Source: Sporopachydermia quercuum (lineage: Eukaryota). Taken from it: a stretch of DNA of 64,000 nt. The notes beneath the pieces are model-generated. The model was not told the DNA's origin. It made no database searches and was given only the letters and a program-made list of their open reading frames with translations. Positions 12,067 to 22,666 of this stretch are shown here, piece after piece. The stretch is from assembly GCA_001599295.1 (NCBI GenBank), contig BCGN01000002.1, positions 682,001-746,000 of the forward strand, written 5' to 3'. The position numbers and the translations under genes were made by a program. How positions within the stretch are numbered: the first letter of the stretch is position 1; each line of letters starts with the position of its first letter.

Positions 12067-12577
12067 TAACATGGAGTTGGACTTGGGGTTAATAATTAGG
12101 GCAAACAAACGGATGATTATGGAACTGTGTTTAAATTGATTTGAACAAGGTGCATCTATATTCTCTATCATCTTGTGTATACTAGCATTTTGATTTATTT
12201 CTATTAGCGTGATTCTTTTTTTTGACTTTCTACTTTATTTTTGGTTATTTTCTGTTCAGTCATTCTAATGAACTTTTGTATGGATTATAAGCTGTTCTAT
12301 CTCTCAGGTAAATGAATGGTAAATGGATAGTAAAAGGAGAATCCCAGTTAGTGATGTTACGAAGTGTAGTATAATAACTACTGATAGCAAAAAAATTATA
12401 CAAATGTTACATTACATTACAGTACATAGTCATAAATATATAGCAATGTTTGTTAAAATAAAGGGTGGTAAGGTATGCTGTACCAATTATAAACCATTTG
12501 TAGTGTAATTAGCAACAAACCTTCTAGTAAAACAGCTATTTATTATTGTTTGAATGGATATATATAATTTTCCTCAT

Positions 12578-13237
12578 TTAAACAGTAATAATAGGTGCAG
12601 ACTTCCCACCACTCTTTTCAGCATCAGCATGAGCAATAAAATCAACTTTGTCTGACTCCTTCAATTTCAGCACCTTCTTGAATGTTTGACCAATAGCGGT
12701 TAAAGAAGACTCCAATTGAGCTCTGTCAGAAGTCTTGGTCCACAATCCAAATCTAACCCCACCTTTACGAACACTTACCACAACTCCAGTAACTTCATTA
12801 TCTTCTCCTTGTTCTATAGTTTCACCAATAACACTCAACATAGCTCTTAGCCATGCATCATCTAATCTTGCGGTTTCGTCCCGCCTGAATTGATAACTCC
12901 ATTTTCCACCTTTAGAATTAGCTGGGTCTTCCCATTCAGGTTTAATACCAGTACGGAACAATTGATAATCGGATTTCATAGGCAATTCGGTAACTTTAGG
13001 AATGGCTTCGTAAATGCCCCAGAATTCTTCAACTGATGAGAATGAGACAACCTCTTTGAGGAGATCACTCCAGGATTCTCCTTTATGCATTTGAGGTCGT
13101 AAATACCATAATGTCCAACTAGAGTTCAATGGGTGTTTGACATTGAAGTTGTCCTTATTTTCCAACACTGTGATTTCTTCGCTGTCTTCCAAGTGAAGAT
13201 CAGCTGTCGCTTCAACCACTTTTTCCACTTCAGTCAT
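12578..13237 (-). CDS. CDC33: Cap-binding translation initiation factor eIF4E
   Basis: KHPLNSSWTLWY, SVEEFW, DYQLFRTGIKPEWED, GGKW motifs; ATG at 13237 in AAAATG context. Confidence 0.96.
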   Translation of the reverse strand: MTEVEKVVEATADLHLEDSEEITVLENKDNFNVKHPLNSSWTLWYLRPQMHKGESWSDLLKEVVSFSSVEEFWGIYEAIPKVTELPMKSDYQLFRTGIKPEWEDPANSKGGKWSYQFRRDETARLDDAWLRAMLSVIGETIEQGEDNEVTGVVVSVRKGGVRFGLWTKTSDRAQLESSLTAIGQTFKKVLKLKESDKVDFIAHADAEKSGGKSAPIITV

Positions 13238-13241
13238 TTTA

Positions 13242-13358
13242 CTGTTCCTGTTAGTATACAGTTTGTTCTTCTTCTTTCTCACTAGTATTTTCTATTTTTT
13301 CTTGCTTCGGTTTCATTTCATAATACAATCTACCTTACAATATGATAATGATACATAC
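13242..13358 (-). other. Putative 5' UTR intron of eIF4E
   Basis: GTATGT donor at 13358, TACTAAC branch, CAG ending 4 nt before the ATG; no ATG immediately upstream of the donor. Confidence 0.65.
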
Positions 13359-14214
13359 ACTAATTTTTGACTTGCCACTAATGGAAAATTGCTCTCTCCA
13401 GAATTCCTGAGCAAAATCTAGATCACTCTTTCTTCCTTTGATAGACAAAAACAACAATTTAGTCACAATAAAGTGTTTGGATTGTATAATATTTATTTAT
13501 TATAAGGAAATTCTTATGCCATTTGATCAAGTGATTCATTCTGCTGGCTTTGAAAATTTTAAACGTCTTTCTGTAAAATCTCCGAAGGTAATTTTCTTAT
13601 TTGTGGCATAATGAGGTCTGATGTTNTTGTTTAGTAAGTACATGTGAAATTAGAAATGCAAGTATCTTTCAGGTTCCCCTTGAGGAATAGTATTTGTGAC
13701 ATGAAGAGTTGGTTTTATCTGTTTCAAGACACTGGGTGAATGGGTGGGGAGCAAAGAAATTGTGTTCTGAAAAATGCTAGTTGTGGTAAATAAGGGAACT
13801 AGCGGAAATGAATTATGTTTGTTTTGGAGTAGTGGCTCAAATAATGTCTAAAGGTGAAGGACCCTTGCGGGGTAAGTGTGAGGAACATGACATTAACACT
13901 CTAGGATTTGTCACGCCCCAAGAAACGCTGGAAAGGCCTTTCTGTTTATCTCTTTGCAGTGGGATCAGAGGAACAAGAATAGCAACATATCATCAACAAT
14001 TGTTCCTCAGAATCGTTTCAATTTAATGTTTCAGGCACTTTTCAAGCATCTACCAACACTACTCAACACTTAAGTTCACTCCTAGTATACTATAGTCTTC
14101 ATTACAAGTACATTTCTTTGGTGGAGAGCTACAATCTTNACCCCAGAATACATCATAGGACATCAAAGGCCATAACGGATCTCATCTCCTGTCATCTCCT
14201 GAGGTAGCTTTTGA

Positions 14215-15099
14215 ATGTTCGGTCTACAAGTTGCCAAAACGCTAGTGGGAATCGGTTTAACGGTTACAACAGCCTTGCTGGGTGCGTTGTACCATTATCA
14301 AAACAGTCTAGTTTATCCCAGTCATTTTGCAGAAGGAAGGAAACATGTTGATACTCCTGGTGCTTATGGTCTAGATTATCAAGAGTTGATGCTAGAAACA
14401 CCTGATGATGAAAAAATTCAAACATATGTGTTATTGCATGATCCAGAAGTCGAAAATTATAAAAATAAAACAATTCTAGTACTATGTCCCAATGCTGGGA
14501 ATATAGGACATTCCCTACCAATTGTAAAGCTGTTTTATGATGTCATGAGTTATAATGTAGTGATATACTCTTATCGTGGTTATGGCTATTCAACAGGTTC
14601 TCCTAATGAGAAAGGGATAAAAATTGATGCTGACACAGTTATGAAATTCATTCAAGGACACTCTCAGCTAGCAAAATCAAGCTTAGTCTTATATGGGAGA
14701 TCATTAGGAGGTGCAGTAGCGATTTATATAGCATCNAGGTATCATAATGAAGTAGCAGGAATAATACTAGAAAACACATTTCTCAGTATAAGGAAAGTTA
14801 TCCCAAATTTATTCCCTTTCATGGTTGGACCTCTACCAAATCTCTGTCATGAAGTTTGGGACTCTGAATCATTGGTGGGAACAATTCCATCAACTACACC
14901 AGTTTTATTTCTATCTGGGCTTCAGGATGAGCTAGTTCCGCCCAGCCATATGAAAACGCTATATGAGAAGATTAAAAGTGATGATAAGCTCTGGGTTGAG
15001 TTTCCATTTGGTACGCATAATACAACTTGCGGAGAAGAGAATTATTGGCTTACGGTGAATGAGTTTGTTATGAAGCATGTGACACCGTATGAACAATAG
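14215..15099 (+). CDS. Bem46/ABHD13-family alpha/beta hydrolase (YNL320W-like)
   Basis: N-terminal TM, PNAGNIGH, SYRGYG, nucleophile elbow GRSLGG, ENTFLSI, D (QDELVP) and H (GTHN). Confidence 0.9.
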   Translation: MFGLQVAKTLVGIGLTVTTALLGALYHYQNSLVYPSHFAEGRKHVDTPGAYGLDYQELMLETPDDEKIQTYVLLHDPEVENYKNKTILVLCPNAGNIGHSLPIVKLFYDVMSYNVVIYSYRGYGYSTGSPNEKGIKIDADTVMKFIQGHSQLAKSSLVLYGRSLGGAVAIYIAXRYHNEVAGIILENTFLSIRKVIPNLFPFMVGPLPNLCHEVWDSESLVGTIPSTTPVLFLSGLQDELVPPSHMKTLYEKIKSDDKLWVEFPFGTHNTTCGEENYWLTVNEFVMKHVTPYEQ

Positions 15100-16393
15100 G
15101 TAGATGTGTTGTGATGATTGCATAAAAGAAGGGATAGGGTAGAGGCACATAGGGATATTAGTAGTAATAGTAGTAGTAATTGTAATAGCATTCTTAGTAG
15201 TAGTAGGAATGAAGCCACTGTAAAAAGAGTGGATGTTTATAAAATTATGTTTGTTTTAACTGATTACACTAACTGAATGAAAGGAAGATTGGATTAATGA
15301 ATACTTCATGGCCTGATCTCCTGATTAGCTAATCAACAGAAACAACAGAATACCATAATAAATTCAACCATCACTACTACTGAAATATAGCCATCACACT
15401 CTATCAAGAATAGATTATAACCAATAAAGTAGAACACATATGTGTCTAATATATAATATCACGGCTCCCAACCTCCAGGATAGGGTTCACCAGTTTATCA
15501 ATTCGTATTTCCGCACGGTGAATTAGATAAGGGAAAGTATCAAGATGGCATCAGCAATTGAATCAAATTGCTCTGAAGAGTACTGCTTTATCTCCAGTTC
15601 TATTACTTATGTTATTCATGATTAGTAGATGTAATCCTGTCATTTGCAATCTGTAGTACCTGCCTCAGAGATTGCTCTTATCTCTCCTTGGGGACCTACC
15701 AGCCTTCANATCGTCTCTAATACAGCTTCATTAACAGTTTGTGTTCCATAGAACAAGCTTCCGGACAATAATCTTTCTCTGTAAGCAAATTTGATCCTTG
15801 GAAAAACGAAGTAAGCAGTTTTGCATCTAAAAGGGAATATAGGAGTCCCTGAATCCCTGTCTCCCTTTTCGATGGGATGGTAAGGTGTGTTTGCTAGTTG
15901 AGCTTCAGAATAGTGTAATTTGATTTATTGTAGGAATTCGAATACTTGCTCGTATACCCTAATGCTTGCAAAGTTTTTACGATTGAATGTTCATTTCAAC
16001 TCGCTTATTCACAATCAGATTTAGGTTATAGCTGATCAACCACTTAGTACTGATTTGCTTCCAATACACCTCAACCTCTTTGATCCTAGACATCCACATA
16101 CTATTTCATTGTTAGTTAGCGAGGTTGTAGTATAATACGTTTAAATCAGATTCTAAGAATGCTGATAATAACTGGTCAGCAGAAAATGTGTGAATGACCT
16201 TCTTGCTCAGCTTCAGTGCATTATGTAATAAGGTCCATTGTATTTAAGACCAAATGATTGTCTAATTATAATGTTGATGATGTTATGGCATTTAGACAAC
16301 CTCGATGGAACTTCATTTATCTTAGCATTCAACCGAAATATTTGGTTAATGCTACTCATGCAACAGCAAACGATTGTCCTTATTCCTTACTTC

Positions 16394-19300
16394 TTAACAT
16401 ACAACGATTAATCCACAACCACCAGGACACTCGACTTCGCCGTCATTAATAAACCAATCCTTAAAACAGGTGAAATGACCTTTATGTCCACAGTCTAACA
16501 CACAAATACTCATTCCTTTAACTGGTTCTTCGCAAACAACACATCCTTTTTGCTTCATTTTACAGTTATCGCAGAACCAATAACCCCCTTGCGTATGGGA
16601 GCTATCACTGTTGCTCTTATTGTTAGCCTTTCTATTGGATTTTTCATTCAATAATGGTTTATCGCAGTAAGGACAGATTGTACGGATGGCTGTATCAGTT
16701 TTACCTATTTCCCTTATTTTCTCCAATTCGCAATTTCTAATAACATCTGCTGCTACTGTGAATAGTTGATACCTGTTCAGGGTCTCTACGTAAGTGCCAA
16801 TTTGTTCTGACAAAGCTGTAGTGTTTTCATTGATGTCGTATCTCTTGTTTAGTAGCAATGTTAAAATAGATAGGGTCAGGATATCACCTTGGATCAGTGA
16901 ATATTCTATTGCTTTTGAAATTAATGTTCTTGGGTTCCAAGGCTCGGATAGAGTTGTGGCTGATGTGGCTGGCGTAGCTGATGTGGCTCGTCCTGTGGAT
17001 GAATATGATTTATGATGTGTTTCTTCAATAGTTTCTATTTTTGGAAGGTTCGGCTCGTTTTCCTTTTCGGGCTCTCTTTCGATAATGATATCCCATACGG
17101 GTGAATGTCTCCCAATATGGCTATGCGGATTAACATGCTTATGAGGAGGAACATCTAAAGATGCCACCGCTATACTATGATGATGAGGATAAGGATGAGG
17201 GTCTTGAGATCTCGTTTCTTGCTGAAGTTGTTCTGAGGTTTCCTGATTCCGAGATTCTCCTGTCACTTGACCCATAAAAGCTTCGGCAAATCCTGGGGAT
17301 GTTAGTCGCATCCGATCATCAAAACTGTTATCAACGGAACTATCGGGAGAGTAATGCCGAGATTCGGTTGACTCACCAGCTTTACCTCCGAGAAAAGAGT
17401 TACCCAGACGGTTATTTTTACTGTGGAGATGAGAATGGTTGGAATTCCGGTTGGTTCCGTGTTTGCGAGACAAGCCCGAGGTGTTGTTCCGAGATTTCCC
17501 AATGGGGATTGCTTGCACGGTACTGTTTATATTTAGGCTTCCGACTTCAACCGGTGGGTAATCAATGTCTTCTTCTTCGTAGGTTTCGGATAAAAAGCTT
17601 TGTGTTCGAAGTTTCCTATGCGGGGTCTGATGTGGGGTAGAATTGATATTTGTGTTGGTAAAACTTGCTTCCGTTAAAGCCGAAGAGGATGGAGATCCAG
17701 TGTTAGTGATCCCGTTGTCGGAGATAGCGCTTTCGGTTTCGTTCCGAGAATAAGATTCCGAACGTTTCCTTAATTCGGTAATAGTATCTAGTTCCGAGAC
17801 ACGACCATTCTTTTCCGATTTGAATTTTGGTGGCGATTCGGTCTCCGAGTCATATTCTGGCTCCAAGAGTTTCCGATCGCTTATATTTTCCGCTTTGCTT
17901 TCCGTTTCCGACACATTATCTCCTATTTTATCTATTTCGGCTTCCTCCTCCTCCTTTACTTCCGCCTCCGCTAACTTCTCCGCTTCCCATGCCACTGCTC
18001 GGGCAATAACTCTCCAAACTTGACAGTCTCGGAACCGATGAGCCGAGGCGGCCACACTGGCATTGTACTCACACACCTCAGATAGTTCCATACCTTCCGG
18101 AACTTTCATTAAATAGTGCTCGGCAAGAAATGCAAACACTTCTGGGCTCATACAAGCGGAAGTGTATTCCGCTACTGACACAGAAAATACTAATGGGCTT
18201 TGTACTACTTCGGCATTGGCTCCGGCCCCAAATCCCTGTAGGAAAAGCGGGTTATGTCTCATAGCAGATATTCCCGTAGAAGAAGCGGAAGCGATGCTAG
18301 AGGCAAAGCTCAAAGAAGGTTTCGGAGTGGACCAAAAGGACTGGGTTCGGCTTGGAGGGGGTGCTCTTCTTTCGGGAATGTTCAGATGGTCGAATCCCGT
18401 ATTTGGGGAAGTTGCTATAGAGTTTGCCGTTGAATTACCAGCAGAGGAGAATTTTGGAGATATCGGAGTTGGGATTGACACACTGGAAGCCTCCTTAATA
18501 GGATATCCAGGTCCGGTACCGATTCCAATGCCGGTAGTTATTCCGCTTGTTGTTCCGACTCCAGTTCCGGAAGATTCCTGATTGGTGCCGTTGAATCGGA
18601 ACTCTCGGGTCAAACCTTGTTTCTCAAACTGGTTCCGATCTTGGTCCACAAATGCAAGCCCTTCTACTCCTGTCCACGTAAAACTATGCCTATTGACCTT
18701 ATCTAGCACTAACTCGTTCTCAGACATGATATCTTGACAGAATGATCCGTCTTGAGATACTGACCATATAACATCCTCTTCGGGCGAGTATATACCTGTT
18801 TTCGGAGCACTGCTTGCATGTAGAACTACTTTAGGAATAAACCTTCGGCTGAGCGACCAGATAGGGATGGAATAATCGTCTTTAAAGAATCCCGAAGCAA
18901 TATTCCATGTTTTGTTTTTGGTTTTGCACCATGAGACTACTGAAACTGGATTCCAAGTAGGAATTACTAATTCCGGCGTCCGAGCTTCCGTGCTTGCCAT
19001 GTCCCATACTAAGATTTGCTTGTCACGTCCTCCCGACACAAGCAACTCTTGATCCGGATGCCAATGAAGGCATAACCCCGGTCCGGTATGTGCCGAGTAA
19101 CGCTTTTCAAAGAAAGAAGGGATTCGGATGTCCCATTTTTGGATAACACCCGAGTCAAAAATCGCCGCAAATCGTCTGGGGTCTTTGGGAGCAAATCCAA
19201 GGTCTCTGACAGCATCTGCATTGCCATGGAATGTTAGTTGCGCTCTAGCTGAAGGGGCACGCAGATCCCATAGCTTCATTGTTCCATCCTGAGATCCCGA

Positions 19301-19822
19301 TAGTAGAGAATATCCTGTGTGAGGACTGTAATCTACCCGGTTGACAGCTCGGATATGTTCGGACAATTGAAAGAGCGGTTTAAGAGGTTTTGTATTCATT
19401 GGCCCAGTTCCGGCACCGGTTGATGCGATTCGATCGGTAGCTACTTCGGCATTGAATACCGAGATGGACCCTTTACTGGAAGAGACAGCAAATGTCTTTC
19501 CAAACTGATGATAACCCCATTTCACTGATGTTATATACCCGGATTTGGCCATGAGTTTGCCGAATGCATTATAGGAAGCCGTTAGACCTCCCTCTCTTAC
19601 TGGGTTTAAAGTATCTGGAAGAACTTGTAGCACCCGAAATGAGTCTTTACTTGCTATAACTAGTAATGAGCTATCCTTATTAGCTGAGAAGCTTGAGATT
19701 TCTGTTTCCGTATTGTATAGAAATGGTTTTTTATTGTCCTGATTTGAGGTAAAGTCGGAAAATCCCAGGTTGGGATATAATGCGGCCTGATTAGGAATAA
19801 TCCCGCTGGGTGTATTTGTCAT
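16394..19822 (-). CDS. RTC1: SEA/GATOR2 subunit Rtc1/Sea2 (WDR24 family)
   Basis: N-terminal WD40 repeats (LLSGSQDGTMKLWDLR, SGGRDK) and C-terminal Zn/RING (CVVC...CGHKGHFTC...W...CPGGC); first ATG at 19822; near CDC33 as in S. cerevisiae. Confidence 0.9.
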   Translation of the reverse strand: MTNTPSGIIPNQAALYPNLGFSDFTSNQDNKKPFLYNTETEISSFSANKDSSLLVIASKDSFRVLQVLPDTLNPVREGGLTASYNAFGKLMAKSGYITSVKWGYHQFGKTFAVSSSKGSISVFNAEVATDRIASTGAGTGPMNTKPLKPLFQLSEHIRAVNRVDYSPHTGYSLLSGSQDGTMKLWDLRAPSARAQLTFHGNADAVRDLGFAPKDPRRFAAIFDSGVIQKWDIRIPSFFEKRYSAHTGPGLCLHWHPDQELLVSGGRDKQILVWDMASTEARTPELVIPTWNPVSVVSWCKTKNKTWNIASGFFKDDYSIPIWSLSRRFIPKVVLHASSAPKTGIYSPEEDVIWSVSQDGSFCQDIMSENELVLDKVNRHSFTWTGVEGLAFVDQDRNQFEKQGLTREFRFNGTNQESSGTGVGTTSGITTGIGIGTGPGYPIKEASSVSIPTPISPKFSSAGNSTANSIATSPNTGFDHLNIPERRAPPPSRTQSFWSTPKPSLSFASSIASASSTGISAMRHNPLFLQGFGAGANAEVVQSPLVFSVSVAEYTSACMSPEVFAFLAEHYLMKVPEGMELSEVCEYNASVAASAHRFRDCQVWRVIARAVAWEAEKLAEAEVKEEEEAEIDKIGDNVSETESKAENISDRKLLEPEYDSETESPPKFKSEKNGRVSELDTITELRKRSESYSRNETESAISDNGITNTGSPSSSALTEASFTNTNINSTPHQTPHRKLRTQSFLSETYEEEDIDYPPVEVGSLNINSTVQAIPIGKSRNNTSGLSRKHGTNRNSNHSHLHSKNNRLGNSFLGGKAGESTESRHYSPDSSVDNSFDDRMRLTSPGFAEAFMGQVTGESRNQETSEQLQQETRSQDPHPYPHHHSIAVASLDVPPHKHVNPHSHIGRHSPVWDIIIEREPEKENEPNLPKIETIEETHHKSYSSTGRATSATPATSATTLSEPWNPRTLISKAIEYSLIQGDILTLSILTLLLNKRYDINENTTALSEQIGTYVETLNRYQLFTVAADVIRNCELEKIREIGKTDTAIRTICPYCDKPLLNEKSNRKANNKSNSDSSHTQGGYWFCDNCKMKQKGCVVCEEPVKGMSICVLDCGHKGHFTCFKDWFINDGEVECPGGCGLIVVC

Positions 19823-20716
19823 TTTTGGGATTGCCACTACTTAGGTCTATGTTTGAACAATTGAAAGCACTGAATAATGAGTTGAGTTTGCCGAGGATAG
19901 TGTTCTATTGTGGCTTAGCGAACTAGATTTGGGCTCGCCAGTTTGAATTAAGGCTTAGCTACTGGCAAAGGCAATAGTAAGTAATAATCAGAAAATCTGT
20001 CTGTCTGTGAACCTCGTTTATGGCTCAGATCCCAGAGTTGGCTGTCTTTGGTCTGCTGATTGAAGGCTCTTTCCGTTACGACTCAGCTGACTGTCAAAGT
20101 AGCACGCCTCTGCTATACAAATTAGTCCTACCCCTATCACCCAAATCTTCTACCTATATAAGTCACTATAAATAAATACTCTGTTTNCTCAAAAGGTTTC
20201 TCCTTTCCAGTAAAGCCAACAACATAACCGGATGATAAATCGCTGTTCATACAGTAAAAATCGTAACCAATCAATTGTCCATAATAAAGTGTAATGCAAT
20301 GGAAACTAACCTGAAACCAAACAATATACCAGATAATGCTTCCAATAGCGTCTATTTATCATTCTAGCATTACCTGTTGGTTTGACGGCATTTCTTCTAA
20401 TCTATTACCATATCATAGAACAACATAGGGGAGGGACCATACAATGCACTGGAACAAGTTGTTTGCTACAAAACAGATCAAAAGGTTCAAGTTAAGCAAT
20501 CACTCAACTTTGGAGCTTTTCTTCACTTTCTAGACAGCTTTGTAGTATACCACCGTATGAATGTATATAGAAAAGTCTGAATGATGAGGTTTTTGATTTC
20601 TATTCAATGGGTGGTAAGCTGAATGATTGACTGTTGATCGGGCTTTTGTGGAACAAATTACAGTGATAGGATGGACAATCAGAAAGAGAAAGTACGAAAT
20701 GAGACTTTATGTTTAG

Positions 20717-20755
20717 CACGTGAGAGGAATAAAGTGGCTTAAATTTGTCACGTGA
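20717..20755. promoter_or_regulatory. Pair of CACGTG E-boxes, one being GTCACGTGA (Cbf1-type)
   Basis: CACGTG at 20717-20722 and 20749-20754, about 0.9 kb upstream of RTC1; function unproven. Confidence 0.4.
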
Positions 20756-21126
20756 AAGGAAGAGGGTCTGAAGGGGAAGAATAAGCATCGGGTCATCATA
20801 CGGGATAGAAAAGAAACTGAGGAACGCGAATATATAACTACAATTAGTGAGTATTTATGTTGGTTGGTGTATCTGCTGAAATATATAGATGCTTGAAATG
20901 CAATGTGTATCTATGAGACATTAATAGGGGAACTTGAGCTATGAGTTACAATGGATCTTGTGCTGTAATGTGAGGGTCTGAAAGGTAGTAAGTGATTGTT
21001 GGAATATGCCTGTTGCATGATTATTCGAGTAGGAATTATTGATTTGATTGGCATGGTGAAAGAAGTAAAATAGTGTATAATGTACAGAGGAATAAATTGA
21101 GCTGAGTTAAGTTGAGGCTGAACAGA

Positions 21127-22043
21127 TCAAACAAGAATGACCGATCCCGTTTGAAGATATGGTATTATAGCTTTATACCTCAAAGCATATAGACCACCTT
21201 TCTCAAGATAAACCTGTTCATTTCCAACAAGAATACCTCTTTCAATATCCTCAAGTACTTTTATAAACACTGTTTTATTCAAGTCTGGTTCAGCGATCAT
21301 TGAAATACCTTCGGAATTACCATCGAGATTTCTTAGCGCTGCAGGAACATTTTGCAAAAATTGTTTATCATATAAATCTGTTAGGATTTCCAAATGTCTA
21401 TTAAATGGATAAAATGTTAGCAATNATGGTCGTCATGAATTGCTCCTTAAAATGTGACATAAAAATTCAATATTCAACATGTGATATCTATCATCAACAT
21501 ATCAATTATTAAACAAAATACTTACTTTTCAAGATATATGACCTCGTCAGGAGATAGCTTTTTCAACGCTTCTTCGTTGCCTTTTATGTATAGCGTAAAT
21601 TTATCAATCTGTAGTTAGTCAGTTGTTGTTAGTAAATGTTAGTCCTGTGATTATAATTGATTCATATCAAATCCTCCATAATTCTAACCATCTTAACATA
21701 CTTTGCTTAATCGACATCGAATATACGATCTTATAAGAAAATTTATCCTATCTAACTCTGATTCAGTTATCATCAAATGCAATTTCATGTCTTTTTTCTG
21801 CTTCAAATCTAACGAATTTATTTCAATCATTTCTATCTTCTCTCTTATATATTCCAGCATTCTGTTTATCAACTCAGTGTCATAGTCCAGTAGTTCTGGT
21901 GCCATTCTTTCAGATAACCAAAGTTTCACCAGACTTTCAACGTCTTCAATCGATTGCTGTTGACGGGAATAAACTCCTTGTTTGGATTTACTGTCAAATT
22001 CGTTCAGAATGTCGTCAATATTGAAATCCATGTTGATTGTCAT
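21127..22043 (-). CDS. SLD5: GINS subunit Sld5; exons 22043(or 22031)-21702, 21608-21526, 21397-21127
   Basis: WLSERMAPELL, ESELDRINFLIRSYIRCRLSK|IDKF, MIAEPDLNKTVFIKV. Two introns (GTATGT...GACTAAC...CAG and GTAAGT...TGCTAAC...TAG) restore one continuous frame. Confidence 0.93.
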
Positions 22044-22666
22044 AGGATTCTATTTGCTGAATGATGCTCCGATTGATAGATGCTCTTATTATTTTCCTTC
22101 CTATGGCAATAGACTATGCAAACTTCCAGCTTTTCCAGCTTCGCCCTCTTTGATTAAATCCAATACATAAAACTCTTTCAACACGTATATCTTCCATGTT
22201 TTCTATCATATACGCACATCGCCTGTTTTTTTCTGTTCTCAATAACCGAAATGATGAGATTGAAACTATTTCGCGTTCTACGAGACCCTCCAGGCATTCG
22301 GCAGATCACTTCCAATGTCCTAGATGTCCTTGGTGTCCCTTACCAGAATCCGAATTTTTCTTGGCCCGCCTTGACATGTCCCAAGGGAATCTCGGACAAC
22401 AAGACAAATTGAGGAGTTTGTCACATTCGCCGAGTGATGGTGAAATTTCGTATACTTTTCACTTTCCTTCTTATTTGTATAATTTCTTGCCGTTATAAGA
22501 ATAAAAATATCAATGAATTCCTCTTGTGAATGCAAGAGTTTTGTTAAATGAAAGCCTTTGAAGAAACCATTTCCACTATTCGGATATAAAAAAAGGACCT
22601 TGCTGTTGATTAGCTGAGAACTATCAACAGGTTAGCGAGTTATACTGATTGATCATCATCGTCATC

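Noticed and set aside
12064..12099. TAG/TAA reassignment to Gln to explain the KRE1 tail
   Set aside because: Many conserved genes in the window end at TAA or TAG at the expected position, and the tail also needs a frameshift.
20555..20625. C/D snoRNA-like boxes (CTGA-ATGATGA...CTGA) with partial complementarity to my recollection of the 18S 3' region
   Set aside because: No proper 5' C box, implausible box spacing and a mismatch in the guide; snoscan or Rfam would be needed to rescue it.
20747..20900. GTCACGTG as CDEI of a point centromere
   Set aside because: Not followed by an AT-rich CDEII or a CDEIII-like element.
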